The notes: a model not told the origin generated them from the sequence alone. A DNA stretch of 64,000 nt from Prorocentrum cordatum (GCA_963575745.1 CAUYUJ010000048.1:558001-622000); one strand, 5' to 3'; numbered from the stretch's first letter, positions 27,561 through 41,144 are shown. Numbers and translations: made by a program.

Positions 27561-28939
27561 GCGCCACAGCCCTTTCGCTTGGGTTTTTTTTGTTCCTTCC
27601 CTCTGCGGCACCGTCGTCCTCCGCAGCCTGCCTGCAGGGAGCGTGCACCTGGTCATGGCGTCCCGCGTTGCAGGGTCTAGCAGGGTGGCGCAGCCACGAA
27701 GTAGCCATGGGATGACCACGGTTAGCACCTCGGAAGAGCTGGCTGTCTTACCACCGCCCTCGGCTTGACCGAGTAGCGGAATTACAGAAGAAGCCCTGCC
27801 TCAACTGCATACCCAAACCTCCGACGTCTGATTTGTCTTAAAACCAGGAGGCTCTTGTAGGTCCCGACGCACTCCACTGGACTGCCTTTTCATACCGAGT
27901 GATTGCCCTGGGGCCCGCCACGGGAATTAAAAGAAAAAACGCCGGCATTGAAACAGACATTGCGACGGAGGTCTGGGTACGCGTACGCGGTTAGGGTAGG
28001 CTCGCGCTGCATTGACGCGGCGACGACCGCCCAAAGGCCTCAGGATGGCCCCAGAAATGCGCCCAACATTCCGCAAGAGGATTCCCCTTGCGCCTCGTAT
28101 CTGCCTCGCTCTCATTCCCCCTCCTCCCTTCCCGTCGCGCTCCTCCTCCCTCCCCACGGGCCCCTCCTCCTCCTCCTCCTCCTCCTCCTCCTCCTCCTCC
28201 TCCTCCTCCTCATGTGCAAGGCTCTTCCCCGAAGCAGCCGTCAAGACCCACCTGGCGTGCGGGCAAGCTGCCCCCTTCAGCGCCCGCCAGCCTCCTCCTC
28301 CTCCTCCGCCTGCTGCTGCTGGTGGCCTCTCGTCCTCCTCTGGAGGCCGGCGCAGCAGCCAGTCAGGCCGGTCGTTGAAAGCATGCACAGTGAACCCGAA
28401 TATCGGGACGATCGAAATGGGTACGGAAAGAACGGGTACGATGCCCAACAGCAGTTCCTGCTCATTTGGAGCACGAATCGCTGTCCGCGCCGCCGCGGGT
28501 GCTGTTGTCTGAAGACAAAAAGCCGCCTGCCCAACAGCCGCCGCTGTCGGTTTTGGACAACATTTGTTGTTCGGCATTGTACCCATGATTTCCGTAACCA
28601 TTCCATGCGTCCAAAGAAGAGTAAGGTAAGGATGGTCAATTTTCCCAAGGTTACCCTTGCATCCTTGCCGCTTCGGCCCATCCTCAGCGACGTTCGCTGG
28701 CCAGCCTCGTTCGAAAAACGTTGTTGTCAGTCTCCAAGGCCCTTGCATCTTTACCGTGCATCCTTCTGATACGGGTCGACTGTATTTTGGGGCTCCCAGA
28801 TCTTCACCTACTTCAAGGGCCTTCCTACTTCAATAATCGATCTGCTTGTACTGTATGTTGTCATTCTCTGGGAGGGCTTGAACCCAATCTACTTGAACCG
28901 CCTACCCAATCTACTTGTTACGTACTTTTTCCGACCGAC

Positions 28940-30950
28940 GTGTAGGTCGACCCTGCCAATTCAAGGGTATTCTCGTGTCCTGTGACTCGCCTCCAATGCC
29001 TTCTACACTTACGTGGCAATGTGGCCCTCGACAGGGTCTCGTATCATCTCTTGTTTGTGGAAGGGAAATGGCACCCCGACCCACATGATCGACGTCTGCT
29101 ACAACGCTCCTGGGCGTATACCAAACAACCCCGTCCTGTCCGATTATTTCTTCGGGGTTCGTTTACTAAACGGCTTCGCTTGGCGGGGTGCTTCCTCTCA
29201 GGGTGCTGTTTCTGCTCCAGCCCTGTCCTGTCCGATTCTTTCTTCCGGGTTCGTTTACTAAACGGCTTCGCTTGGCGGGGTGCTTACTCTCAGGGTGCTG
29301 TTCCTGCTCTCTCCTTGTGCCCTCCCCCTGTCGGCCTGGACTGCAGGTTCGTCCCAGCCGAGGTTGATCAGCAGGTCGGCCCTTGCGTCCCTTGCGTCGC
29401 GGCCCGTGCACTCTGCACTTCTATGGCAGTGTGGCCCTCGGAAGGGTCTTGTGCCCTCTCCTTGCTCAAGGGAGGAAAAAGGGAGCCCAACCCATCCTCC
29501 CCCTTCTCCTCCTCCTCCTCCTCCTTCCCTTCCTCCTCCTCCTCTCTTTCGGCACTGTGTGTGCGTCCGTTTCCACACCCTTGGTGAGGAAGAAACCGGC
29601 TTTCAAGTGCAACCAGCTTTCGCGTTACGACGGCGGTTGTTGAAGCATGCGGTCCGCTCCCATCAAAAAAACATTATCGGCGTTTGCTAAAGGACCTGGG
29701 CGTTTACCATACAGCCCTGTCCTGTCCGATTCTTTCTCCAGGGTCATTTGCTGAACGGCTTCGCTTGTCGGGGTGTTTAGTATGTGGGTGGTGCTTATGT
29801 TCTCTACCTGTGTCCTCTCCAAGCAACGTCGACTGTACGTTCGTCCCGGCCGAGGTTGATTAGTAGGCCGTCGCTGCCAAATCAAGGGTATTTTTGTGTC
29901 CTGTGCGTCGCGAGGCCTTTAGACGGGCATTGTGTCCTCTCTTGTTCCAAGAGGAGAATCGCAAACCGACCCACATCATCGGCGTTCGTTAGACGACCCT
30001 GGGCGTTTACCAAAAAGCCCTGGCCTGTCCGATTCTTTTTGGGGGTTCGTTTACTAGACGGCTTCGCTTGTCTGGGTGCTTATTATGAGAGTCTGCGTTT
30101 GCTCTCTACTTGTGCTCCCTCCAATCAACCTCGACTGTACGTTCTTCCCAGCCGAGGATCATACAGCCAAGACGCTGAAATAAGGAACGCCTCGGGTGCG
30201 TAAGAGGCTCGCTGTTCCTTACGCTTTTCCATGGATCCTCCTCCATCACTCCTCGTGCACCTAGGCGCTTCTGGGGCCAAGGAAGAGCTTCGTTCCTTAC
30301 TTAGCGTTCTGATAGTACCTCGACGGTAAGCAGGCCGACCTTGCCAAAAGCAAGGGTGCCCTCGTGTCCCGTGCTTCGCGACCCATGCCTTCCACACTTC
30401 TGTGGCAGTGTGGTCTTCGGGTGGGCCTGTTGTCGCCTCTTGTCCCAGGGAGGAACATGCACACCGACCCATATGATCGGCGTTTGCCAAACGGCCCTGC
30501 GCGTTTACCAAACAGCCTTGTCCTGTCCGATTCTTTCTTCTGGGTGCGTTTACTAAACGGCTTCGCTTGTCGGGGTGTTTAGTATGAGGTTGCTGTGTCT
30601 GATGTCTACTTGTGCCCTCTCCCATCAACCTGGACTGTACGTTCTTCTCAGCCGAGGTTGATTAGTAGGTCGGCACTTCCAAATTGAGCGTACCCTTGTA
30701 TCTCGTGCTTCGCGACCATGCCTTCTACATTTCTATGGCAATGTGGCCCTCGGTAGTGTCTTTTGTTCTCTCCTGCGCAAGGGAGGAAAAGTGAAGCCGA
30801 CCCACGTGACCAGCGTTAACTAAACGGCCCTGGGCGTTTACCAAACAGCCCCGTCCTGTCCGATTCCTTTTTGGGCTCATTTACCAAAATGGCGTCGCTT
30901 GTCGGGATGCTTACTATTAGTGTGCAGTTCCCCTCTCCAATCCACCTCGA
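28940..30950. repeat. Diverged tandem array with core GGGCGTTTACCAAACAGCCC-TCCTGTCCGATTCTT-TTTACTAAACGGCTTCGCTTG
   Basis: Core recurs at ~29111, 29221 (partial), 29698, 30000, 30500 and 30831. Confidence 0.85.
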
Positions 30951-31854
30951 CGTTTCGTTTTTCGTTTCGTTTTCTTCGTTCTTGCTCGTTTCTTCGACCT
31001 CACTATGACTGTGTTACTCGTTTCTTTGTTTGTTGCTGTTCCACTGTGCTTCGTTTCGGTGTCGGTTTCGTCTGGCGCCGGTTTCGTTTCAAACGTTCGT
31101 GATGAACGTGCGGCCTCGTGCCGTTGTTCGTTCTAAAGGCCGGCGCGCTGTGAACATCGATACCCTTTGTTTTTTTTCATTTTTTTTTCTTTTTAGATTC
31201 TTCTATTCTTTGCGATTATATTTCTTTTTTCTTTTTCATGTTTTATTTTTTCGTCTATTTTTTCTTTTTTTTGCTTAATTTTTTACTAGTTTTTCTCTAT
31301 TGCCGTTGTTCGTTCTAAAGGCCGGCGCGCTGTGAACATCGATACCCTCGGTCGTTGGTGTCCTCTCTTCTGCCCTCTCCTATCAACCTCGACTGCGCGT
31401 TTTTCTTGGCCGAGGGTCTTTTGATATGGCAATCTCAAGGTGTCAAGAACCGTCACAACGCTGACACCAGTTTCGCCTGTTGGGCTCGTCAGTCCGCTAA
31501 TGAGCCGCAGATGGCAGCAGTGCGCGCGCGATCTACAATCAAGCTGCGGTGGCATCAAGACCTGGCTCCACGTGTCCTTGTGACACCCTGCCCGCCCAGC
31601 GCCAGGTCGAGGGGAAGAGCCTCAGAAATCGATTGGGTTGCCAAAACCAGTAGGATCTAGCACGCCAGGCACACAACCGTGGCAAGACCACAGGGGGCGG
31701 CCGATCGAAGACGCCTGCTGCGAATCACCGCCGCCCCCTGCCTTTGTGGAAGCGCCTATGTGGCCGAACGTTGAGGCCAGACCTGCCAAGCCATCGGACC
31801 ATGTGTTCCCCGAATCGGTTTGGAAAGCCTTCGGGGAACACGTGGGCGACGATC

Positions 31855-34800
31855 TTTGGGGGCTCTTGGGCAGTCTCGGGTCGTCGGAAGGCCGAAAAGA
31901 AGGAACTGTCAAAATCCGTCAAAAACCTAAGGAACCATCGAGGTGTTTGGCCTCTTCTGGCCTTCCTGGAGGCCCTCTTGGGGGCCTCTTGGGCCGTCTT
32001 CGGCCAGCTTGGAGCCAACTTCGGCCATCTTGGTGGGTTCCTGGCACGTCTGACGCCGTCGGGAGCCGTCTTGGGGGCCCTTCTGGGCCGACTGGGGGCC
32101 CTCGGGGGCGCTGCGGGGCCGTCTTGGAGGCCATCTTGGGCGTCTTGGAAGCAATCTTGGGCGTGTTGGAGCCCTCTTGGGCCGTCTTGGGGCCCTCTTG
32201 GGGCCCTCTTGGGGCCATCTTGGAGGCCACTTGGGTCGTCATGGGGCCCACTTGGGGGCCGCTTGGGCGATCTTGGGGGCCTCTTGGGCCGCCTGGAGCC
32301 GTCGGAATGCCGAGAAGAAGCACATCCCAAAATCCTTGAAAAACCTAAGGACAATCAATGGTTTTGGCCTCTTCGGGCCCTCCTGGAGGACCTCTCGGAG
32401 GCCTCTTGGGCCGTCTGGGAGGCCTCTGGGGGGCCTCTTGGCCCGTCTGGAGCCCTCTTGGACTCTCTTGGGCCGTCTTGGAGGCCGTCTTGGACCATCC
32501 TGGGCGGACTTGGAGGCCATCTTGGACCATCTTGGAGGCTATCTTGGACAATCTTGGCCATCTTGGAGGCCATCTTGGAGTGTTCCCCGAATCGGTTTGG
32601 AAAGCCTTCGGGGAACACGTGGGCGTCTTGAAGGTCATCTTGGCCGTCTTGGAGGCCTCTTGGGCGGTCTTTCGGCGATCCTTGGGGGCTCTTGGGCCGT
32701 CTCGGGCCGTCGGAAGGCCGAAAATAAGGACATAACAAAATCAGTCAAAAACCTCAGGACAATTCATGTTTTTTGCCTCTTCTGGCCTTCCTGGAGGCCC
32801 TCTTGGGGGCCTCTTGGGCCCTTTTGGGCCAGCTTGAAGCCAACTTCGGCCATCTTGGTGGGTTCCTGGCACGTCTGACGCCGTCGGGAGCCGTCTGGGG
32901 GGCCTTCTGGGCCAACGGGGGACCCTCTTGGGGCGCTTCGGGGCCGTCTTGGAGGCCATCTTGGGCGTCTTGGAGGCCATCTTGGGCGTGTTGGAGGCAT
33001 CTTGGGCCGTCTTGGGGCCCTCTTGGGGCCATCTTGGAGGCCACTTGGGCCGTCATAGGGCCCACTTGGGGGCCTCTTGGGCGATCTTGGGGGCCTCTTG
33101 GGCCGTCTGGAGCCGTCGGAATGCCGAGAAGAAGCAAATTCCAAAATCCTTCAAAAACCGAAGGAACATCAATGGTTTTGGCCTCTTCGGGCCCTCCTGG
33201 AGGACCTCTTGGAGGCCTCTTGGGCCGTCTGGGAGGCCTCTGGGGGGCCTCTTGGCCCGTCTGGGGCCCTCTTGGACTCTCTTGGGCCGTCTTGGAGGCC
33301 GCCTTGGACCATCTTCGGCGGACTTGGAGGCTATCTTGGATCATCTTGGAGGCCATCTTGGAGGCCATCTCGGAGCCGTCTGGGGCAGAAGATTGCGTCA
33401 GTGGAAAAAATCCCGGGACCCCGGCGGGACGGGCCGAAACCCATTGGGAGAGTTCTTTGGGAAAAAGAACCAAAACCAAAACCGATAGGATTTGGCACGC
33501 CTGGCACCCTTGCGAGCAGGGGGCGGCGGATCGAAGACGCCTACGGCGAATCACCGCCGCCCCCTGCCTTTTTGGAAACGCCGATGTGGCCGAAAGTTGG
33601 ACTAGAGCTTGGCCAAGCTATCGGACCATGAGTTCCCCGAGTCGGTTTGGAAAGCTTTCGGGGAACACATGGGAGAAAATGATTATGAACAGGAAGAGGA
33701 AGAGGAAGAAATAGAGTAGGAGGATGAGGGTTGTTACTGTAGGAGTCTCTTGGGGCACCCTTGGGGTCTGTTGGGGGCTTCTTGGGGGCCTCTTCGAGGC
33801 CTCTTGGAGGCATCTTGGGGGCCTCCTTGGGCCTCTTGGGGGCCTTTGGGGGCTTCCTGGGGGTCTCTTTGGCCGTCTTAGGGCGTTCCTGGTCCGTCTG
33901 ACGCCGTCTGGAGCCGTCTTGGGGGCCTCTCTGGGCCGTCTTGGGGCCCTCTTGGGGCGCTTCAGGGCCGTCTTGGAGGCCATGTTGGGCGTCTTGGAGG
34001 CCTCTTGGGCCGTCTTGGGGCGCTCTTGGGGCCGTCTTGGGGGGCCCTTGGGCCGTCATATGGCCTTCTTGGAGGCCTCTTGGGCGATCTTGGGGGCCTC
34101 TTGGGCCGTCGGAAGGCCGAAAAGAAGAAAACGCAAAACACCCTCAAAAACCTAGGGAAAACCAATGATTTTGGCCTCTTCGGGCTCTCCTGGAGAACGT
34201 CTTGGAGGCCTCTTGGGCCATCTTGGAGGCATCTTGGGGCCATCTTGGCCGTCTTGGAGGGCATCTTGGCCCGTCTTGGAGGCATCTTGGAGCCATCTTA
34301 CCCGTCTTGGAGGCCATCTTGGCCGTCTTGGAGGCATCTTGGAGGCCATCTTGGGCCATCTTGGCCGTCTTGGAGGCCATCTTGGGCCAAGTTGGGGCAA
34401 CAAAGGCATTGACAGACGGATTTTGGGAAAATTACGGGTGGCCGGCGGGACGGGCCGAAGCCCACTGGGGAGTTCTTTTAGAAAAAGAACCAAAACCAAA
34501 ACCTGAATCGTCCAGCACGCCGTGCACCCCTGCAAGCAGGGGGCGGCGGATTTCTAGTGGCATTCGGCCTATCCCGCCACCGTGGCCGGGTTCTGGGTCA
34601 GAGTTATCATGGATGCTTCTTGGGGTCTCTTCGGAGCGCTCTCGGGGGCCTCTTGGGGGCAGCTTGGGAGCCTCTTTGGAGCTTTTTGGGGGCCTCTTAG
34701 GGGGGGCCTCTTAGGGTTTTTGTTGAGGGCGTCTTGGGGCCTCTTAGCGGGCCTCTTGGACCCTCCTGGGGGGCCCTCGGGGCCGAGGGCTCGAAATGTC

Positions 34801-35150
34801 CGTTCGAGTCCCCCGTCTGGGCCCCCTCTTGGAGCCGTCTTGGGATCCTCTAGTGGCCTTTGAGGTCGTCTTGGGCCGATCTTGGGGGCCTTTAGGGCCG
34901 TCTTGGAGCGTTGGGAAGCCGAAAAGACGAGGGCGGTAAAATCGCACAAAAAGCTGAAGGGACTCAATGTTTTTCACTTCTTGGGGCCCCCGTAGGAGGC
35001 CTCTAGGGGCGTCCTGGAGGCCTCTTGGATCGTCTTAGGGCCTTCATGGGCGTCTTGGAGCGATCTTCAGGCGTCTCGAGGCCCTCTTGGACCATCTTGG
35101 AGGTATATTGGGACCCTCTTGGCCCGTGTTGGGGCTCTCTTGGGCCCGAA
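31855..35150. repeat. TCTTGG-based low-complexity repeat blocks (GCCATCTTGGAG/GCCTCTTGGG) with higher-order duplication; the same family lies at 15980-17085 and, reversed, at 955-1130
   Basis: Dozens of CCATCTTGG/CCTCTTGG/CGTCTTGG units; segments ~31855-32580 and ~32680-33380 are near-duplicates. Confidence 0.9.
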
Positions 35151-35390
35151 AATGTCAAGCGTCAAGACGCCCCGGGCACGCGGGAAGCCCCGAGAGGTCT
35201 GGCAATTGTGGGTCCGGGCCCCCAAAACAGATTCCTCAGAGTTGAAGGCTGAGGCCTGAGGATTGAAGACTGAGGCTTAAGAGATCAGGCCAAGGACATG
35301 CGGACACACACACACACACACACACTCACACACTCACACACACAAACACACAAACACACAAGCACACACACAAACACACAAACACACACA

Positions 35391-35454
<64 letters not shown>

Positions 35455-35472
35455 ACGCACACACACACACAT

Positions 35473-35518
<46 letters not shown>

Positions 35519-35599
35519 CACACACACACACACACACACACGCACACACGCACGCGCACACGCGCACGCAGTTCGCAAGCACGCACGCACGCACACACG

Positions 35600-35696
<97 letters not shown>

Positions 35697-38592
35697 CGTG
35701 CCCAGAGACACGATGGCGGACTCGAATCAATCCCGATGTGTTTTTGGAGACAGAAGTTCGCTACGAGTCCCTGGATGAATGTGCGCAGTTGATGCGTCCA
35801 TGTCTCGCTTCGCAGACGATGGCTTGAATCGGGGGCCCCCGAGGCGACCCACCATTGGCTCGGCATCGCTCGGACGTGTGCACGATTCCCCTCGGCGAGG
35901 ACCGTTGAGGAGCATCTCGGATCACTCACCGGTCATTGAGGACAATCATTGAGGACCATTGAAGAGTGAGCGCAGGAAGTCCAAACACATAAACGGGAAA
36001 CGGACGTCCGAGCGACGGCAAGTTGGCCCGAGGCCGCAACCGAACAGGCCGCCACCGTGGCTCCGGAGGCCGAGCGGGGGCTGGGGCGCCCCGTGGGATC
36101 ACGCTCCCCCGGGGCACCCCTCGCACAGCGCCCCTTCCGCTCCCCTCCTTGGCATCGCTCGGGCGTGTGCAGTTTTTTGTCTCGGCGAGGACCATCGAGG
36201 AGCAGCCTGGATCATATCGAGGAACAAAAAAAAACAAGCACGAAACCGACACATGTACACATAATGGACGTCCGAGCGATGGCAGGCCAGCTCCCACCGA
36301 TCAGAAAGACAACTATCGGGTTGGGATTATGGGATCGGGAGTAATGACCTGATTGCCCGTAGTGCCGCGTATGTTGGATGTGCTTATTGCGCAGTCGTGC
36401 CCTGCATCTTCCCAACCCCTTCCTCCCAGCACGATAACTGCCTTCCTTAGCCCATCTCTCTCCACCTCTGGCCTCTTCCTCTCGCCTCCCCTCCTGCCGC
36501 CTCCTCTCGGACGGGGCCATGACGAGAATAAATCCGTTCCAGAGCGTTCCGGAACGCCCTCGGAGCGTTCCGGAACGCTCTGAGAAGGCCGCGGCGCCCG
36601 AGGAATCCTTTGGAGCCGCCGGATCCCAGAGATCCTCACTCTACATCCTCCCCCGATTCTAGCCTCGTCCTGGCTCCGCCTATCTCCGCACCCCGACGAT
36701 GATGGCGCCCACGAGGGTGGCGGAGGAGGAGGAGGAGGAGCAGGAGGAGCAGGAGGAGGAGAAGGAGGAGGAGGAAGTGGAGGAGGAGGAGTAGGAGAAG
36801 GAGGACGACGAGCAGGAGCAGGAGCAGGAGGAGGAGGAGGAGGAGGAGGAGGAGGAGGAGGAGGAGGAGGAGGGGGGAGGAGGACGCGAGAGCAGGAGAG
36901 GGAGGAGGCGAAGAGGAGGAGGAGGGAGGAGGAGGAGGAGCAGGAAGTGAAGGAGGAGGAGCAGAAGGAGGAGGAGAGAGGGTGGAGGAGAGAAGGAGCA
37001 GAGCAGGAGGAGGAGGAGGGAGGACGAGGAGGAGGAGGAGGAGGTCAAGGAGGAGGAGGAGCAGGAGGAGGGGGAGAAGGAGGAGGAGATGGAGGGAAGA
37101 GGAGGAGGGAGCAGGAGGAGGAGGAGGAGGAGGAGGAGGAGGAGGAGGAGGATAACAAAAATGAAAAGGAGGAGGAGGAGGAGGAGGAGCAGGAGGAGGA
37201 GAAGGGAGCAGGAGGAGGAGCAGGGTGCACAACAGTGCCATGCAAGCACGGGGCCAGCGGCTGCGCCGCCGCCGTCGGCGCGGGCCAGGCCCCGAGCCCC
37301 GATGAGGGCGCCGAGCAGCTCGAGGACGTGGTGGGGCGGACGGAGCAGCTCGAGGGGCAGCAGCGGGGCGCCGCGGAGGAGCTCGCGCGGCTGGGGCAGG
37401 ACGCGCGCGTAGCGCTCCTCCCGGTGCCCCAGGAGGAGGAGGGAGGAGGAGGAGGAGGAGGAAGAGGAGGAGGAGGAGGAGGAGGAGGAGGAGGAGGAGG
37501 AGGAGGAGGAGGAAGAAGAGGAGGGCGGAGGAGGGAGGAGAGGTGAGGAGGATGAGGCGGAGGAGGAGGGAAGGAGGGAGGAGGAGGAGGAGGAGGATAG
37601 GATATGCGTTATGGTTGATGGATACTCAATCTTTTTCATTCTTAATGGATATGGATAATGGATATGTTTCAGCTCCCGGGGGGAGGAGGAGGAGGAGGAG
37701 AAGGGGGAAGAGGATGAGGAGGAGGAGGAAGAGGAGGAGGAAGAGGAGGAGGAAGAGGAGGAGAGGAGGAGGAGGAGGAGATGGGGAGGCGGAGGGGCGG
37801 TCTCTCTAGCGGCCCCTCTCTCGCGGGGGCCCCCAGACGCGGCCTGCGGGCAGAGTTCAGACACGCGGAGCGGATGGCCGCGTCTCGCCGTGGAGGGGAG
37901 CGGGTCTCAAGGGAAGCGGGCCCTTCGTTGGAGGGCCAGGCCTACGTGCTTCCTGAAGACCAGCATCTGGGGCCGAGGCCAGATACCGTTCTCGCGTCCT
38001 CGCCAAAGTGCATATGGACACATGGGGTGTCGTGACGTCCAGAGAGACACTCTCGGGTGGATACGTCTATGGGCAGCGTGGCCGCTGCGTTAGGCGCGTT
38101 GCAAGGCGGAGGAAGGTCTAGATCCGTCCACGGTGCTCCTGTTCTAGAGCAGGTCCCACATGGTATCCCAAGCCCTGGGGTTTTGCACCGCTTGTGGGCC
38201 CTCGGGGCCCTCCACGGGCCCTGGCGCTACCGCCGGAGAACGGCTCGAAGGAGGAAGACGTCGTCCCGGGGGAAGGCCCCAGGGTCCTGGGCAGGATCGC
38301 GACGTATCGTCGATGCATCGCCGATGCGGCTCGATGCGGAGCACGATTTTCTCCACGCCGACGTCGCCGATGCATCGCAGGCGCTGCTGGTGCATCGCCG
38401 ATGCATCCGCGATGCATCTCCGATGTGTCGGCGCAACGCTGCGCCACTCTTCGACCCCAGCTACGCGGTCACCATATAGGAGGCCTCTAAGGGTCCAGGG
38501 TTCTGATGTTCCAACCTGCTTTGGCCTTGACCACCAGAAAGAATTTCGAGCACCAGAAAGCGCCGAAACTTGAGGGTTTCCAAGCGTCGGGC

Positions 38593-39043
38593 CTGGGGGG
38601 CGATACCCGGTCGACACCGTTCCGATGCTTTCTTGTGGGTGCTCGGAATGATTTCTGGGCCGTGGTCCTGCAGTGCGAGGGGGGCAACCGGAGAGGCCAG
38701 GGCCCGTCTTCCCCAGGACCCGCTGCCCCCCGTGCCGAGAGCTTCGGGTGTGGGAGGGCCCTGGGGGGCGACACCCGTTCGACACGGTTCCGATACGTTC
38801 CTGGGTGCTCGGAGTTGTGTTTGGGTTGTGGTCTTGCAGTGCGAGGGGGGCAACCTATGGCCAGGGCTCGTCTTCCCCAGGGCCCGCTGCCCCCCGTGCC
38901 GAGAACTGCGGGTGCGGGAGGGCCCCTTTGGGGGGCGACACCCGCTCGGCACTGCTCCGAGGCGCTCCCGGGTGCTCGGAGTCGTGTCTGTGTCTGGGCC
39001 GCGGTCCTGCAGCGAGAGGGGGGGGCAGCGGAGAGGCCAGGGC
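38593..39043. repeat. Tandem repeat of ~168 bp, ~2.7 copies
   Basis: TGGGGGGCGAYACCCG...GGGTGCTCGGA...TGCAGTGCGAGGGGG units start at ~38593, 38761 and 38928. Confidence 0.85.
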
Positions 39044-39880
39044 TAAGTCGGGCGTGTCCCCCTGGTCTGGGGACTTTTTTTTTGTGAGTATGTTTTGACC
39101 TTTTTGGGTTTTTTATTTATTTTTCCGTCGAAAATGCCCCCGTGTAGGGGGACGCGCCCGACGTAAGGCCAGGGCCTGTGTTCCCCCACGGCCCGCCTGC
39201 CCCCCGTGCTCAGGAGCTTCGGGGGCGAGAGGGGCGCGGGGGGGTCGGGCCGCTCCTCGGAGGCCCCCCCTGGGCCAGGCAGCCCCTTCGCTGAAGTCGG
39301 GCCTGCCCCTCCACAGGAGGGGTATTCAAAAAGAGTTGCTTTTGTTGTTGCTGCTGTTTTTGTTCTTTGTTGTTCAACAAAGTATGGGGACGATGTGTGT
39401 GTGTGTGTGTTGACTATTTGTTTGGCAACTTTTGGCCATTTTGACGTTTTTTTTTTTTGTTTTTTTTTTTTGGAGAGTATGGGGACGATGTGTGTTGGAC
39501 TATGTTTGACAAGTTTGGTGTACTTGTCTTGCCATGTCTTGTTGTTGTCCGTCCGCGAGGCGCCTGTTGTGAGGGGGACGGGCCCCACCCGACCCTCCGT
39601 GGCCGGGGTTCGCCGCGGGGGGAGCAAAGGGCGGAGGCCCGCGCTGCGGCCCGCGGGGCGGTCGAAGCGGCGGGGAGCGAGGGGGGCCGCTGCGGGCTCG
39701 GGAGGGGGGGGGGGCGCATTTCTTATCGAAGGCCCCCAGGGTGCCAGCACTAATCCTAAGAACGCTCCTGTCATCCCTCCCTCCCCTCCCTCTCCTCCTC
39801 CTGCCTCCACCTCCTCCCCCTCCTCTCCTCCTCCTCATCATCTCTCCCTCCTTTTCCCCCCTTCCCCCCACCCTTCCTCC

Positions 39881-39902
39881 TCCGTAGCCATTTTGGCTCA
39901 AG
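39881..39902 (+). other. Perfect 22-nt dinoflagellate spliced leader at the 5' end of a LINE
   Basis: TCCGTAGCCATTTTGGCTCAAG is a 22/22 match. It is followed by ATGGG rather than a GT donor, so it is not an SL RNA gene. Confidence 0.97.
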
Positions 39903-40018
39903 ATGGGTTGCTCGGGGGGCTTTCAGCCTCCGTGCTACACTGGATCGCACTACCGTGCGCAGGCAAGAGTGTGTGCACTCTGGCAGTCGGGCGGCCTCCT
40001 TCCAAACTCACGCGCGCC

Positions 40019-41128
40019 ATGGCGGGGAGCGGCGGCGTGGGTGCTGGGCGTGGGGGAGGCGGCCGCGCGGCGTGGCCTGCGAAGTGGAAGTGCTCGGTGT
40101 GCGACTACTACAACTTCGCCGAGAGGGCGTGCTGTCGCAAGGGGTGCCAAGCTGCGGAGTGGCCAGCGCCGCGGCAGCTGGGCGCCTTTCCTCCGCTGCG
40201 GGGGTGGCCTGCAGGCGGCGGCGGTGGTGGTGCTCCTGGCTGCGCTGGCGGCGGGCGCGGCGGGCGTGGGGCAGGCGGCGGCAAGCCTCCCACACGTGCC
40301 CCGTGGTGGCGAGGCGGAGAAGGTGGCGGCCGTGACGCTGGTGGCGCCGTGGAGCTCAGCGAGGAGCAGCGCAGTGGCTTCGTGTGCATGGCAGAGGCCG
40401 ACTTCGCCCTCTCCGCCGCGCTCCTGGCCCCGAAGGTCCGCGAGCAGCTTCTGCAGGCACGGAGGCTGCGTGAGGGCGGACTGGGGGCCGAGCTGTCCAA
40501 GGACAAGACGGTCAAGGCGGCCCAGGTGCAGGCGGACGCCTAGGTCTTGCAGGTCAAGAAGTTGGAGGGCCAGCTGGAGCAGGCAAAGGCCAAGGCGGTG
40601 GCGGCCATCAACGAGTCGGCCAGCCTCGCGGACAAGTTGGTGCTGCTGCGGAAGGAGTGCGACGAGGCGGCGGCCAAGGCACGCGAGGCGCTGGCGGCTC
40701 AGCGCACCAGGGTGGCGGCCGAGGAGGCTGAGGCGGCGACAGCAGCCGCCGAGCCGAGAGCAGCACCAGCAGCCTCCCTGGAGTCGATACAGGAGGCGAT
40801 CGGCGGCTTGTCGAGGGACGAGATCGCGAAGCTCGGGAAGGTGCTTGCGGAGCTCAGCGGCATGCCAGGCGCCGCCGCCGCAGCGTGGGCGCCTCCCCGT
40901 GCGCCTGTGGCAGCGGCGGTCCTTGTGCCCTCGGCGGTGCCAGCAGCAGCGCAGCAGGTGGACGCTCCCAAGGAGGAGGGGCCTGGCGTGTCGCAGGCGG
41001 CGCAGCAAGCGTGGCAGGACATCACGTGCGGGATTGAGGACCCCGCCAAGAGGGAAGCAGCGGAGCAGTTGCTGGGCGACGCCAAGAAGATGCGGACGGA
41101 GGTCAAGCAGATGGGGGAGGAGTCCTAG
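40019..41128 (+). pseudogene. LINE ORF1: Gly-rich N-terminus, RanBP2-type zinc finger and coiled coil; one in-frame stop
   Basis: ATG 40019; WKCSVCDYYNFAERACCRKGC fits W-x-C-x2-C-x3-N-x6-C-x3-C. TAG at 40541-40543, then the same frame continues (QVKKLEGQLEQAKAKA...) to TAG 41126-41128. Confidence 0.8.
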
Positions 41129-41144
41129 CAAGAAGTGTGGGGTC

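Noticed and set aside
31638..34714. Overlapping W/L/G-rich ORFs (PSWRPSW, LEAILG)
   Set aside because: They are products of the TCTTGG repeat and are open in several frames simultaneously.
39881..39960. SL RNA gene
   Set aside because: There is no GT donor or SL intron after the 22-mer; at 56598 a GT follows but leads straight into the ORF1 ATG.
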